Notes: a model not told the origin generated them from the letters alone. Counted from the stretch's first letter, positions 23,732 through 37,986 are shown. The stretch is DNA of 64,000 nt from an uncultured Actinomycetes bacterium (GCA_963767005.1 CAVYCN010000006.1:128001-192000); one strand, 5' to 3'. A program made the numbers and translations.

Positions 23732-25516
23732 TCAGCCGGGCAGCACGACCGTGAGGGGTCCCGAGCTGCTCGACGACCGCACGATCTGCGCCGGGTGCAA
23801 GCCGAGGTCGCCGGCCAGCGCGCGCGCCAGGATACGGTCCGTGCCGCCGTAGTGCACCGTGGTCTCCCCCGCCGATGTGCTCGAGGTCGAGCCGCGCCGG
23901 GCCGCCCAGCCGTCGACCTGCAGGCGCGCCGCGAGCCGGTCGGCAGCCGCGGCCGGTCCGACGATCACGACTCTGGTGAGCGTACGCCGGTAGTACGTCA
24001 CCCCGAGTCCCGCGGCCGGCAGCCGCGGCGCGAAGAACTCAGGCTGCACGGCGCGCACGAACGTCGCGGCGTCGAGCCGCGCCCACGCCCTGACGACGCT
24101 CGCCGTGAGCGGCGCGATGGTCGTGGTCGGCGCCGGCGACGAGTGGCCGGACGGCGTCGTCGTGGGGCTCGCCGCCGCGGTCGTGCCCGGCGACGGTGCC
24201 GCGCTCGCGGCCGAGCTCGCGGTCGCGCCCGGCGAAGCGCCGGCGCCCGTCGCGACGGTGTCCGCCGCGATGGCGGTCGCGACCGGCGACAGGGGCAGAC
24301 CGGCGACCGTGGTCTGAGCGGCGATCGCACCGTTGATCGCGGCGCCGGCGCCGGGCGCCTGCGACACCACCGCGGGGAGCTGCGCCGTGCGCACGGCCCC
24401 GAGCGCGGCGCCCAGCACCTCGGTGGTGCGCGAGACGGTCGGCACGCCGGTAGCCGTGCGGCCGACGGCCACGACGACCCCGAGCGAGGAGCGACGCGCG
24501 CCCGACAGGGCGCGCGTCGCCGCGCCCGGCGTGCCGCAGCGCACCATCTCGACGCTTACGCCCTTCGTGCCGTAGGAGCGCAGCGCGCGGGCGAAGGCGG
24601 CGCGGTAGACGGCCGCCCAGCGGCCGAGCGGCGAGGTCAGCACCTCGACCGTGGGCGACGGAGTGACGGTGCCCACGGTCGCCCCGAAGACCGGCGACAT
24701 CGCGTCGGCGTCGAGCGCGAGGCGCAGCGACAGCAGGCTGCGGTCCTGGGCGAGCCAGCGCTCGTAGGCGCCGCGGCGCGCGACGGTGGCCGGCAGCGAG
24801 GTCGTGACCAGGTCGCCGGCATCGGCGAGGCCGAGGGCCGTCCCGACCGCCGACGCGGCCTGCAGCGTGAGCCCGGTCGACACGTCGCGCGCGCCCAGGA
24901 TGTAGTTCACGAAGCCGACGAGGTTGACCTGGCCGGCCACGCCCTCGCGCAGCAGCTCGCGCAGGTAGGCGACCTGGCGGGTGAGGGCCAGGGTGGACGG
25001 CTGCGCCGTCGACCACACTCCGGCCAGCGGCAGCGCCCTGGCGTGGGTCGGCCGCGAGTACTGCGTGACAAAGCCGGGCAACGCCGTGCGCACCGACAGC
25101 GGGTCGATCTCGAGCCACGACCCGAACGACACCGACAGGGTCTTCGACAGGGCCTTCGTCGCCACCTTGGGGCCGGCGTCGTCGACGATCGTGGCGAGCG
25201 GCTGCAGGCCGGCGCCGGACTGGTAGCAGGCCAGGCGGGCCGGCACCACCACGGCTGTGAACTCCGGCAGGTCGTAGTCGATGTGCAGCCACACGGCGCC
25301 CGCGCACCCTTCGGCGCCGGGCCCCTTGAGGTAGATGGCGATGTCGCGCGGCGGCGGCGGCGGCGCGAGCGGCGGCCGCGACGCCACGGCCGGCACGACC
25401 CGGTGCCAGGGTCCGGGCGTGGCCAGCAGGATGATCACGCCCAGGGTGACGAGCACGCCGAGCAGGAGCACGGCCCAGGAGTCGAGGCGTCGGAACGCGG
25501 CCGGCCGCGGACTCAC
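23732..25516 (-). CDS. membrane-anchored protein with degenerate LCP-like region and C-terminal LytR_C-like domain
   Basis: GTGA-coupled to the LCP gene; N-terminal TM; C-terminal AADRLAARLQVDGW...TTVHY...ARALAGDLG...LTVVL resembles LytR_C; S/T/A/P-rich linker. Confidence 0.6.
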   Translation of the reverse strand: MSPRPAAFRRLDSWAVLLLGVLVTLGVIILLATPGPWHRVVPAVASRPPLAPPPPPRDIAIYLKGPGAEGCAGAVWLHIDYDLPEFTAVVVPARLACYQSGAGLQPLATIVDDAGPKVATKALSKTLSVSFGSWLEIDPLSVRTALPGFVTQYSRPTHARALPLAGVWSTAQPSTLALTRQVAYLRELLREGVAGQVNLVGFVNYILGARDVSTGLTLQAASAVGTALGLADAGDLVTTSLPATVARRGAYERWLAQDRSLLSLRLALDADAMSPVFGATVGTVTPSPTVEVLTSPLGRWAAVYRAAFARALRSYGTKGVSVEMVRCGTPGAATRALSGARRSSLGVVVAVGRTATGVPTVSRTTEVLGAALGAVRTAQLPAVVSQAPGAGAAINGAIAAQTTVAGLPLSPVATAIAADTVATGAGASPGATASSAASAAPSPGTTAAASPTTTPSGHSSPAPTTTIAPLTASVVRAWARLDAATFVRAVQPEFFAPRLPAAGLGVTYYRRTLTRVVIVGPAAAADRLAARLQVDGWAARRGSTSSTSAGETTVHYGGTDRILARALAGDLGLHPAQIVRSSSSSGPLTVVLPG

Positions 25517-27291
25517 TTGACGCGCGTGAACGACGTGGCGAGCGCCATCATCGCAGCGTTGCTGATCTCGTCGGTGGCGGTGTTGTCGAGCGTGTTCGTC
25601 AACCAGCAGAGCGTGTTGCTCTTCACCCAGGCGACCATGTGGAGCTGGCCGCCGTTGTAGAACTGCAGGTACTTGACGCCCTTCACCGTCTTGGTCGCGT
25701 CGGGCGACGCGATCGCCGGCGGGTCGAGCCAGCGCATCTCCTCGATGTGCCAGTAGCCGCCGCTCGTCGTGGTGCCCACGACGACGAGCGCCCCCTTGTT
25801 GCCGTGCGGCGTGGGGATCGAGTAGGTGCGCGCCATCGCCCAGTCGTAGGAGTAACCCGGCACCCAGGACGTCGGCATGAACACCTTGAGGCGGGTCCGC
25901 GACGAAAGCTGCTTCCACGCGGCAGCGTCCTCGGAGACGTGCGCCTGGGCGACGGGGCCGGTCTGCTGGGTCGCAGCCTGGGGCAGCACGAGCGAACCCG
26001 TGTACGAGGAGCCCAGCACGACCGAGACGCCGGTCTGCACGCCGGCCGCGCGCGGCACCGTGACGACGTGGCTCGGTGGCAGCATGGCCGCGAGCACCCG
26101 GGCATTGCCGATGTAGCCCTCGGTCGCATAGACGGTGTTCGCCTGCGTGTCGCTCTGCACGACGTCGCCGGCGACGACCGCGTCGTAGCCCTGTCTGGTC
26201 AGCAGATGCGCGCAGGCGGCGGCGCTGCCGGCGGCGGCGCCGCCGTTGCTCACCGCGACCGTGAAGCTCGTCTTGGCCTGTGTCTCGACGCTGGGCTCCT
26301 GCACCGGCGGGCGCTCGGGGTGCATGAACTGGTCGACGACCGCCGCGACGTCGGCCGGCGAGGCCTCGAGCTCGTCGGCGCCGTTCACGACGATCGGGCT
26401 GCCCTGGAGGTGGACCTGGTAGATGTGCGACGTGTTCACCGACATCGCGAGCTGGACGAGCGTGAGGAGCTGGCGCAGCGAGGTGACGTCGGTGATGGTC
26501 GTCTTGGCGAGCATGTGGATGAGCTGCGGGAACTTGAGCACGTTCTGCCAGCGCAACGCCTGGCGCTTGAGCTCGCGCAGGAACATCTGCTGGCGCTGCA
26601 TGCGGCCCCAGTCACCGAGCTGGTCGTGACGGTAGCGCACGAAGGAGAGGGCGTCGGCACCGTCGAGCCGCTGATAGCCGGCCTGGATGTCGATCGACGA
26701 GTACCCCGTGATCGCCGTGTTGTTGTAGTACTGACGGTCGACGTCCAGGTACACGCCGCCGAGGTAGTTGACCACGTCCTTGAAGCCGGTGAAGTTGACG
26801 TCCATGAAGTGGTTGACCGGCAGGCCGGTGAGCGCCTTGAAGGTCTTCACCGAGAGCTGCGCGCCGCCGTCGGAGTAGGCGGCGTTGATGCGGTCGAGGC
26901 CCCAGCCCGGGATCTCGACGCGCAGGTCACGCGGTATCGACAACATCGAGATGCTCCTGGTGCGCGGGTCGATGCGCACCAGCATGATGGTGTCGGAGCG
27001 GCCCTTGTCGCCGACGAGGTTCGAACGCCGGTCGCTGCCCAGCACCAGGATGTTGACCGGCGCGTGAGTGCCGTGCGTGACCGTGAGCTCGTGCTTGACC
27101 GACGAGATGATGTGCTTGACGGCCGGGCTCGACGACGGCGTCGAGATCGCGCTCTGCAGGTAGCCGGTCGCCATGCCGACCGTGGCAGCCGCGGCGACCA
27201 CGATGACCAGGACGGTCCACTTGAGGACCCGGACCCAGATGGGTGCGACCGGCTTGCGGGGCGTCACGGTGTAGCGGCTGTACTGCGGCAC
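25513..27291 (-). CDS. LCP (LytR-CpsA-Psr) family glycopolymer transferase
   Basis: NILVLGSDRR, RSDTIMLV, SIPRDLRV, RINAAY, FVRYRH...GRMQRQQ; LytR_C domain follows. Confidence 0.95.
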   Translation of the reverse strand: MPQYSRYTVTPRKPVAPIWVRVLKWTVLVIVVAAAATVGMATGYLQSAISTPSSSPAVKHIISSVKHELTVTHGTHAPVNILVLGSDRRSNLVGDKGRSDTIMLVRIDPRTRSISMLSIPRDLRVEIPGWGLDRINAAYSDGGAQLSVKTFKALTGLPVNHFMDVNFTGFKDVVNYLGGVYLDVDRQYYNNTAITGYSSIDIQAGYQRLDGADALSFVRYRHDQLGDWGRMQRQQMFLRELKRQALRWQNVLKFPQLIHMLAKTTITDVTSLRQLLTLVQLAMSVNTSHIYQVHLQGSPIVVNGADELEASPADVAAVVDQFMHPERPPVQEPSVETQAKTSFTVAVSNGGAAAGSAAACAHLLTRQGYDAVVAGDVVQSDTQANTVYATEGYIGNARVLAAMLPPSHVVTVPRAAGVQTGVSVVLGSSYTGSLVLPQAATQQTGPVAQAHVSEDAAAWKQLSSRTRLKVFMPTSWVPGYSYDWAMARTYSIPTPHGNKGALVVVGTTTSGGYWHIEEMRWLDPPAIASPDATKTVKGVKYLQFYNGGQLHMVAWVKSNTLCWLTNTLDNTATDEISNAAMMALATSFTRVK

Positions 27292-27389
27292 GCTGGCAGG
27301 GCTCCGTCAGGTGACGTGGATGAGCTTCGTGGCTCGGTGCCACCGGGCGATTGTACCGCACGCGACGCCCACGCGGAGGACCGTCGGGT

Positions 27390-27428
27390 GCCGGCGCGCC
27401 GGCGGGCGGAGCCTGCCGGCGCGCCGGC
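27390..27428 (-). terminator. GC-rich hairpin after murA
   Basis: GCCGGCGCGCCGGCGGGC-GGA-GCCTGCCGGCGCGCCGGC, 18-bp stem with one imperfect pair. Confidence 0.55.
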
Positions 27429-27452
27429 GCGGCGCCGGTAAGCTCGCGTTCG

Positions 27453-28733
27453 TCAGGCCGGCGCGCCGGTACGCTCGACGTCGGCGCCGAGCGCGGTGAG
27501 CTTGGCGTCGAAATCCTCGTAGCCGCGGTCGATGTGATGCAGGCCGCGCACCTCTGTCGTGCCCTCGGCGGCAAGGCCGGCGATCGCGAGGGCCGCGCCG
27601 CCGCGCAGGTCGGGCGCCTCGACCACGCTGCCGGTGAGCTGGCGCGGGCCCGACACGACGGCGTGGTGGCCGCTCGTGGTGATGCCGGCTCCGAGACGGT
27701 TGAGCTCGTCGACCACCGCGAAGCGGTTCTCGAAGACGTTCTCGGTGACGATCGACGTGCCGTCGGCGAGCGACAGGGCGACCATGAACTGGGCCTGCAG
27801 GTCGGTGGCGAAGCCGGGGTGAGGCAGCGTCGAGACGTCGACCGGACGCAGGCCGCCGAGGACGTGCGCGCGGATCGTGCGAGCGCCCTCGTCGACCTGC
27901 ACGCCCATGGCGCGCAGCTTGTTCAGGAACAGCTCGAGGCAGGCCGGGCTGAGGCCCTCGACGGCCACATCGCCGCCAGTCACGACGCCGGCCAGCAGGT
28001 AGGTGCCGGCCTCGATGCGGTCGGCGATCACCTCGTGGATCGCGCCGTGCAGCTCGTGGCCGCCCTCGATCGTGATCGAACTCGTGCCGGCGCCCTGGAT
28101 CTGGGCGCCCATCGACATGAGGAACTTGGCGAGGTCGACGATCTCGGGCTCGCGCGCGGCGTTCTCGATGACGGTCGTGCCGCGCGCCGCGGTGGCCGCC
28201 ATCAGCAGGTTCTCGGTGGCCCCCACGCTGGGATAGTCGAGCGGCACGGCCGCGCCGCGCAGGCCGTCGCAGGTGACCTCGATGAAGCCATGCTCGATCT
28301 CGATGTTCGCGCCCAGACGCTGCAGCCCGCGGATGTGGAAGTCGATGCGGCGCGGGCCGATGTTGCAGCCGCCCGGCATGGCGATCATCGCCCGCCCGAG
28401 GCGCGCGACCATCGGGCCCATCACGATGATGCTGGCCCGCATGCGGCGCACGAGCTCATACGGCGCGCGATCGTTGAGCTCGCCCGACGGATCGATGCGC
28501 AGCTCGCCGTCATCGAAGGTGACCTCGACGCCGAGGGCGCCGAGCATGTCGATCATGGTGAAGACGTCGGCGATGCGCGGCACGCGGCGGATGGTCGACG
28601 GCTCGGCGGCCAGCAAGCTGGCCGCCATGAGCTTGAGCGCCGAGTTCTTGGCGCCCGACAGCTCGATCGTGCCCTCGAGCCGGCGCCCGCCGCGCACGAG
28701 CAGCGAGCGGCCCTCCTGCGTGACGGCGGTCAT
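27453..28733 (-). CDS. murA: UDP-N-acetylglucosamine 1-carboxyvinyltransferase
   Basis: SGAKNSAL, RRMRASI, PGGCNIG.R (Cys form), SVGATEN, DRIEAGT, DLRGGA. Confidence 0.98.
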   Translation of the reverse strand: MTAVTQEGRSLLVRGGRRLEGTIELSGAKNSALKLMAASLLAAEPSTIRRVPRIADVFTMIDMLGALGVEVTFDDGELRIDPSGELNDRAPYELVRRMRASIIVMGPMVARLGRAMIAMPGGCNIGPRRIDFHIRGLQRLGANIEIEHGFIEVTCDGLRGAAVPLDYPSVGATENLLMAATAARGTTVIENAAREPEIVDLAKFLMSMGAQIQGAGTSSITIEGGHELHGAIHEVIADRIEAGTYLLAGVVTGGDVAVEGLSPACLELFLNKLRAMGVQVDEGARTIRAHVLGGLRPVDVSTLPHPGFATDLQAQFMVALSLADGTSIVTENVFENRFAVVDELNRLGAGITTSGHHAVVSGPRQLTGSVVEAPDLRGGAALAIAGLAAEGTTEVRGLHHIDRGYEDFDAKLTALGADVERTGAPA

Positions 28734-28798
28734 GGCCGGATCACGACCTCGCATGCATGTCGCCTGCGTCGCCCCTCTTCCCCGGGCGACGCCCTGCA

Positions 28799-29227
28799 TC
28801 ATACACGGGCCGCGACCCTGAGCCGGTTCTCGGCCCGACGCAACGCCTGCTCGGCCTTGTAGAAGTCGACCTCGGCCTGGGCGCCGGGGTCGTCGCGGCG
28901 CGCGAGCCGGTCCTCGGCCCGCTTGCGGGCCGCCTCGGCTCGCGCGACGTCGATACGGTCGGCCTGCTCGGCCTGGTCGACGACGAGCAGCACCTTGTCG
29001 AAGAGGACCTGGATGTAACCGATGCCGGTGGCGAAGCGCTGCCAGGTGCCGCCGGGGAGCTGGACCCGCGTCTCGCCGATCGCCGCCAGCGTGACGAGCG
29101 GCTCGTGCTGCGGCAGAAAGCCGAGCTCGCCTTCGACGCCCGGTACGATGACCATGCTGGCCTCGCCGTTGTACACCGAGCCGTCGGGCGTGACCATCTC
29201 GACGGTGAGCCTGCGCTCGTCGGACAC
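28799..29227 (-). CDS. atpC: ATP synthase F1 epsilon subunit
   Basis: VTPDG..., PGVEGELGFLPQHEP; last gene of the atp operon. Confidence 0.95.
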   Translation of the reverse strand: MSDERRLTVEMVTPDGSVYNGEASMVIVPGVEGELGFLPQHEPLVTLAAIGETRVQLPGGTWQRFATGIGYIQVLFDKVLLVVDQAEQADRIDVARAEAARKRAEDRLARRDDPGAQAEVDFYKAEQALRRAENRLRVAARV

Positions 29228-29229
29228 GG

Positions 29230-31664
<2,435 letters not shown>

Positions 31665-31670
31665 GCGGAC

Positions 31671-33265
<1,595 letters not shown>

Positions 33266-33269
<4 letters not shown>

Positions 33270-33823
33270 GTGCTCCCACCTCTCACGTCCGCCGTCCGCA
33301 GACGGCCGTCGAGCTGCTGAAGGCGCGACCGCAGGCTGCCGTCGACCAGGAGGTCGTCGACGCGCAGCACGAGGCCGCCGAGGATGTCGGGGTCGACTCG
33401 CATGGTGAGCCGCGGCTCGCCGCCGGTCGAGCGCCGCACGCGGTCGGCGACGAGACGCTCGATGTCGGGGTCGACCGGCAGCGCCGTCGTGACCTGCACC
33501 TCGACGACGTGCTCGGCCTGGGCGACGTAGCGGTCGTACTGGTCGGCGACGTCGGCGACGAGCGTCAGGCGGCGCTTGGCGAGCATCACGCTGAGCACCC
33601 CGGCGGCCAGCTTGTCGGCGCCGCTCATGAGCTCGCCCACCACACGCGACTTGGCGTCGGGCTCGACCTGCGGGTTGAAGATCACGCCGGCCAGGGGCGC
33701 CGAGTCAGCCAGGGCCTGCACGAAGCCGCGCAGGTCCGCGCCGGTGCGGTCGATCGTGCCGGCCACGCTGGCCGCATCGAAGAGCGCCGTAGCATAGGCG
33801 CGCGCGATGGCGGCCTCGCTCAC
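33266..33823 (-). CDS. atpH: ATP synthase F1 delta subunit
   Basis: [10 protein letters not shown]..., [19 protein letters not shown]. Confidence 0.93.
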
Positions 33824-34323
33824 GCGCCGCTCCCGAGCTCGTCCAAGTTGGCGGCCTTGAGCGCCTCGTCGATCAGGCGGCGGTGGTCGTCGTCGTCGAG
33901 CGACTTGCCGACCACCTGCTGGGTGGCCAGCATGGTGAGGCTCGCGATCTCGCCCTTGAGCTCCTGCAGCGCGGCGCGCATGTCGCGTTCGAGCTGCTCC
34001 TGGGCCTTCTCGATCGTGCGCTGCGCCTGCTTGCGCGCCTCGTCGACGATCTCGGTCTTGGTCTCGTCGCCGGCCTTGCGCGAACGCTCGAGGATCTGCT
34101 CTGCCTCGGCGCGCACCGAGGCGAGCGTCTCGCGATACTCGGCGAGCAGCCGGGAGGCCTCGGCCCGGGTGCCCTCTGCCGCATCGAGCGTCTCGGCCAC
34201 GTGGGCGCGACGCTGGTCGATGATCTTCTGGAGCGGGCCGAAGGCGAAGCGCCACAGGATGAACACCGAGACGCCGAAGCAGATGGCCGTCCAGATCATG
34301 AGGCCCGGGTTGATGGTCAGCAT
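33820..34323 (-). CDS. atpF: ATP synthase F0 b subunit
   Basis: N-terminal TM followed by a charged coiled coil; operon position. Confidence 0.95.
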   Translation of the reverse strand: MLTINPGLMIWTAICFGVSVFILWRFAFGPLQKIIDQRRAHVAETLDAAEGTRAEASRLLAEYRETLASVRAEAEQILERSRKAGDETKTEIVDEARKQAQRTIEKAQEQLERDMRAALQELKGEIASLTMLATQQVVGKSLDDDDHRRLIDEALKAANLDELGSGA

Positions 34324-34363
34324 GACGTTCCGTCACTCCTCACGTTGCAACCTCAGGCAGGGA

Positions 34364-34633
34364 CTACTTGACCACGAACAGAAGGATGAGGGCGACGACC
34401 AGGGCGTAGAGCGCGAGGGCCTCGATGATGCCGATGCCGATGAACATGTTGAGGCGGATCTCGCCGCGCAGCTCGGGCTGGCGCGCGATGCTCTCGATGG
34501 AGCTGCCGAAGAGCAGGCCCATGCCGACGCCCGGGCCGACCACGCCCAGGCCGGCGGCGAGGCCGGCGCCCAGCAGGCGGAGCCCCTGCTCGGTGGTCGC
34601 CGCGGCGGCGATCGTGGCGGCGCTTACGTCCAT
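34364..34633 (-). CDS. atpE: ATP synthase F0 c subunit
   Basis: GxGxGxG helix, ARQPE loop, conserved Glu in IIEAL. Confidence 0.97.
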   Translation of the reverse strand: MDVSAATIAAAATTEQGLRLLGAGLAAGLGVVGPGVGMGLLFGSSIESIARQPELRGEIRLNMFIGIGIIEALALYALVVALILLFVVK

Positions 34634-34689
34634 GTGATTCCCTCCTTGGTGACGAGCCGGTCACCCATTGTGGCGATGGGCGCCATCCC

Positions 34690-35553
34690 TCAGTGCTCCT
34701 CTTCGAGCGCCGAGCCGATGTAGACGGCCGAGAGGATGGCGAAGATGAAGGCCTGGATGGCCGCGACGAAGATCTCGAACATGAACACGGCGACCGAGCC
34801 GACCTGCAGCACGACGCCGATCAGGTAGCTCTGGAACACGAGCACCATGGCGAAGAACACCGCCAGGATGAAGTGCCCGGCGAGCATGTTGGCGAAGAGC
34901 CGGACCGACAGCGAGACCAGACGGAAGATCTGGCTGATGACGTCGGACAGGAAGATGAACTGCTTGAGAAACGGCGGCGCCGGGATCACCCAGCTCTTGA
35001 AGTAGCCCACCGGCCCCTTCGCACGGATGCCGGCGTAGTGCGTAAAGACGAAGGTGAACACGGCCAGCGTGATGGTCACGTTGATGTTGCCGGTGGCGGC
35101 GTAGAAGGCGAGCTGGTTGCCGGTGCCGAAGGGCAGCGGGATCAGGCCGACGAGGTTGCACGTGAGCACGAAGAAGAAGGCCCCGCCGATGTAGGGGAAC
35201 CACGTGACGGCGCCCTGGCCCTTCATGACAGCCCCGGCGATGCCGTCGTGGGCGAGCTCGTAGAGGCTCTCCATGATGGTCTGGAAGCGGCCCGGCCGGG
35301 TGGTGAGTCCGCGGTGGATCAGCAGGGCGAAGAGACCGATGAAGCCGACCGCGATCCACTCGTAGATGACCGCCTTGGTGATCGACAGGTCGATCGGACC
35401 GAGCTTGGGCAGCTTGACGATCGGATGCAGGATGAACTCGCCGGCGACGTCGAAGGTCGCCTTGTGCTGGCCGGGGATGAAGAAGAGGGCGACGAGCAGG
35501 CCGAGCACGACGATCGCCCAGCTCCAGAGCGGGAGCCGCTTGAGCAGTTTCAC
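34690..35553 (-). CDS. atpB: ATP synthase F0 a subunit
   Basis: PGRFQ..., SLSVRLFANMLAGH, IQAFIFAILSAVYI. Confidence 0.97.
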   Translation of the reverse strand: MKLLKRLPLWSWAIVVLGLLVALFFIPGQHKATFDVAGEFILHPIVKLPKLGPIDLSITKAVIYEWIAVGFIGLFALLIHRGLTTRPGRFQTIMESLYELAHDGIAGAVMKGQGAVTWFPYIGGAFFFVLTCNLVGLIPLPFGTGNQLAFYAATGNINVTITLAVFTFVFTHYAGIRAKGPVGYFKSWVIPAPPFLKQFIFLSDVISQIFRLVSLSVRLFANMLAGHFILAVFFAMVLVFQSYLIGVVLQVGSVAVFMFEIFVAAIQAFIFAILSAVYIGSALEEEH

Positions 35554-35975
35554 GGAGCGCTCCTGTGACGCCCGGCCGGCGACACCACGGGGGCGTGCTC
35601 GGCGACCAGCAGCGGGTGGCGCCACAGGCGCACCCCGAGGTAGACGGTGTAGACGGCGACGAACGCGATGATCGCGTCGAGCAGGCCCGGCCGGTCGACC
35701 AGCGCGACGATCGTGAGGCCGCCGATGGCGAGCACCAGGCGCACCACCGTGCCGACGGCGCCGACGACCATGGCGCGCCCGAACGTGCCCGTGCTGCCGA
35801 TCCGGGCGCAGAGCAGCTCGACGACGCAGTAGATCACGACGAGCAGCGCCCCGACGAACGCGGCGAGCGCATGGCGACCGGCGAGGGCCGCCACGACTGC
35901 CGCGAGCGCGGCGAGGATCAGCAGGAGCACGGGGACGGACTCACGGCGCAGGAGTTGTCGCAGATGTACGTTCAT
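35550..35975 (-). CDS. atpI: ATP synthase protein I-like membrane protein
   Basis: Four hydrophobic helices directly upstream of atpB; GTGA overlap. Confidence 0.7.
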   Translation of the reverse strand: MNVHLRQLLRRESVPVLLLILAALAAVVAALAGRHALAAFVGALLVVIYCVVELLCARIGSTGTFGRAMVVGAVGTVVRLVLAIGGLTIVALVDRPGLLDAIIAFVAVYTVYLGVRLWRHPLLVAEHAPVVSPAGRHRSAP

Positions 35976-36010
35976 GACCCCATGTCCGGCTCGACGCCGG
36001 ATTATGCCCC

Positions 36011-36232
36011 TCATTTCGTCTCGAAGAACACCACAGCGAGGGCAGCCGCGAACCCGATGAACACACCGGCGACGCTGAGCCACGGGACCGTGTGCAACAG
36101 CCGGTCGAGGCCGTAGCCCACCAGCACGCCGCCGCCGACGCCCGTCAGGATGGTGAACGCGACGGTCTGAGCGGCTCGCAGTCCGCGGTCACGATGGCCG
36201 TTGCGGCCGTGATCGCCCGATTCGCGCGGCAT
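36011..36232 (-). CDS. AtpZ/AtpI family small membrane protein
   Basis: G.LVGYGLDRLLHTVPW...G..IG motif; first gene of the atp operon; start approximate. Confidence 0.8.
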   Translation of the reverse strand: MPRESGDHGRNGHRDRGLRAAQTVAFTILTGVGGGVLVGYGLDRLLHTVPWLSVAGVFIGFAAALAVVFFETK

Positions 36233-36311
36233 AGTATATCGGCCCCTTCGTACCCGGACAACCGACCCGGCACACCCCACCGGCCACCGGCGAGCGACCG
36301 CGCGGCGCCCC

Positions 36312-37478
36312 CTAGCGCACCGTCGTGCCGCCCGAGCGGCGGTGGTGGCGGCCGGCGCGAGGGCGGCGCCCCGGCCGCTCCGCCGGCGGACCCGTCCCGC
36401 CCGCGACCTCCGCACCACCGTCGACCTCGTTCTCGCGGTAGCGCAGCAGCAGCCGCGCCATCGCCGCCGTGGCGGCGAGGGCGGCGAGGCCGAGCACGAC
36501 GACCGCGGGGATGTCGTGAAAGCGCATGGCCAGCGCCAGTCCGTTCAGCAGCAGGCACCAGCCGTACAGGAGCAGCACCGACGTGCGTTGCGAGAACCCG
36601 GCGGCGAGCACGAGGTCGTGGTGCACATGGTCGCGCCCGCTCGTGTAGACCGGCACGCCGCGCCGCAGGCGGCGGAAGACGACCAGGAACAGGTCGGCGA
36701 ACGGCACGCCCAGCACGAGCAACGGAAAGATCAGGGCGACGGCCGCGGTGCTCTTGAGCACGCCCTGGATGCTGATCACGGCGAGCACGTAGCCGAGCAG
36801 CATGGCGCCGGCATCGCCCATGAAGATGCTGGCCGGGTAGAAGTTGAAGCGCAGGAAGGCAAAGCCGGCGCCGGCCAGCACGGCGGCGGCGATGCCGGTC
36901 GTGCCGCGGTCGAGCGACAGGGCGATCACGGCGAAGGTCAGGGCGGAGATCGCGCAGACGCCGGCGGCCAGGCCGTCGAGCCCGTCGATGAAGTTCACCA
37001 TGTTGATGATGGTCGCCACCCAGAGCACCGTGAGCGGCACCGAGATGGCCGGCGCCAGCGTGAGGGTGAGGCTCGTGAGCGGCACCGACAGGTGGTCGAT
37101 GCGCAGCCCGAAGGCGAGCATCGCGACGATCGCGGCGATCTGCCCCGCGAGCTTGAGCGCCCAGTTGATCTCGGCGTAGTCGTCGAGCACGCCGACGATG
37201 GCGACGATCGTGCCGCCCACGAGGATCGCCTTGGTGGCGGCGTCCTTCTGCACGAGCACGGCGGTGGGCACCATGACGCCCAGGTAGATGGCGAGGCCGC
37301 CGAGCAGCGGCGTGACCCGGCGGTGCATGCGGCGGGCGTCGACGGGGCGGTCGACCACGCCGGTGCGGCGCGCCAGCACCGCCATGGCCGGGGTCGCGAG
37401 GATGACGATGCTCGCCGCGAGCAGGAAGCCGAGGATGGCGAGCTGGACCGCGCTCGGCAGCTCGAGCAGCTCGGTTAT
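36312..37478 (-). CDS. polyprenyl-phosphate GlcNAc-1-phosphate transferase (WecA/TagO/MraY-like), probable ATA start
   Basis: VDRP..RRMH...[44 protein letters not shown]; the first TM helix lies upstream of ATG 37385. Confidence 0.93.
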   Translation of the reverse strand: MTELLELPSAVQLAILGFLLAASIVILATPAMAVLARRTGVVDRPVDARRMHRRVTPLLGGLAIYLGVMVPTAVLVQKDAATKAILVGGTIVAIVGVLDDYAEINWALKLAGQIAAIVAMLAFGLRIDHLSVPLTSLTLTLAPAISVPLTVLWVATIINMVNFIDGLDGLAAGVCAISALTFAVIALSLDRGTTGIAAAVLAGAGFAFLRFNFYPASIFMGDAGAMLLGYVLAVISIQGVLKSTAAVALIFPLLVLGVPFADLFLVVFRRLRRGVPVYTSGRDHVHHDLVLAAGFSQRTSVLLLYGWCLLLNGLALAMRFHDIPAVVVLGLAALAATAAMARLLLRYRENEVDGGAEVAGGTGPPAERPGRRPRAGRHHRRSGGTTVR

Positions 37479-37957
37479 GGCAGGTCCTCCTTGAGCACGA
37501 CGACGCCCGCCTCGGCGAACATGCTCAGGGAGAGCTCGTCGGGGTAGCCCTCGACGTAGTGGATCTCGCGCACGCCGCAGTTGATCAGCATCTTGGCGCA
37601 GAGCACACAGGGCTGCAGCGTCGTGTACAGGATCGCACCGTCGATGGCGATGCCGTGCACGGCGGCCTGGATGATCGCGTTCTGCTCGGCGTGGATGGCG
37701 CGACAGAGCTCGGCGCGCTCGCCCGAGGGGATGCCGAGCTGCGCGCGCAGGCAGCCCACGTCGAGGCAGTGGGCCACGCCGCGCGGGGCGCCGTTGTAGC
37801 CGGTGGCCAGCACGCGCCGGTCGCGCACGAGCACGGCGCCGACCTGGCGGCGCAGGCAGGTCGAGCGGGTCGCGGCCTGGCGGGCGAGCTGCAGAAAGTA
37901 CTCGTCCCAGCTCGGGCGCGCGGCCCGCGGGACGCCCGGGGCGGCGGGCTCAGCCAC
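37475..37957 (-). CDS. dCMP/cytidine deaminase (ComEB-like)
   Basis: [35 protein letters not shown]. Confidence 0.95.
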   Translation of the reverse strand: MAEPAAPGVPRAARPSWDEYFLQLARQAATRSTCLRRQVGAVLVRDRRVLATGYNGAPRGVAHCLDVGCLRAQLGIPSGERAELCRAIHAEQNAIIQAAVHGIAIDGAILYTTLQPCVLCAKMLINCGVREIHYVEGYPDELSLSMFAEAGVVVLKEDLP

Positions 37958-37986
37958 GGTCCGCCGCCGCTCGCCGGCGGCCGGGC

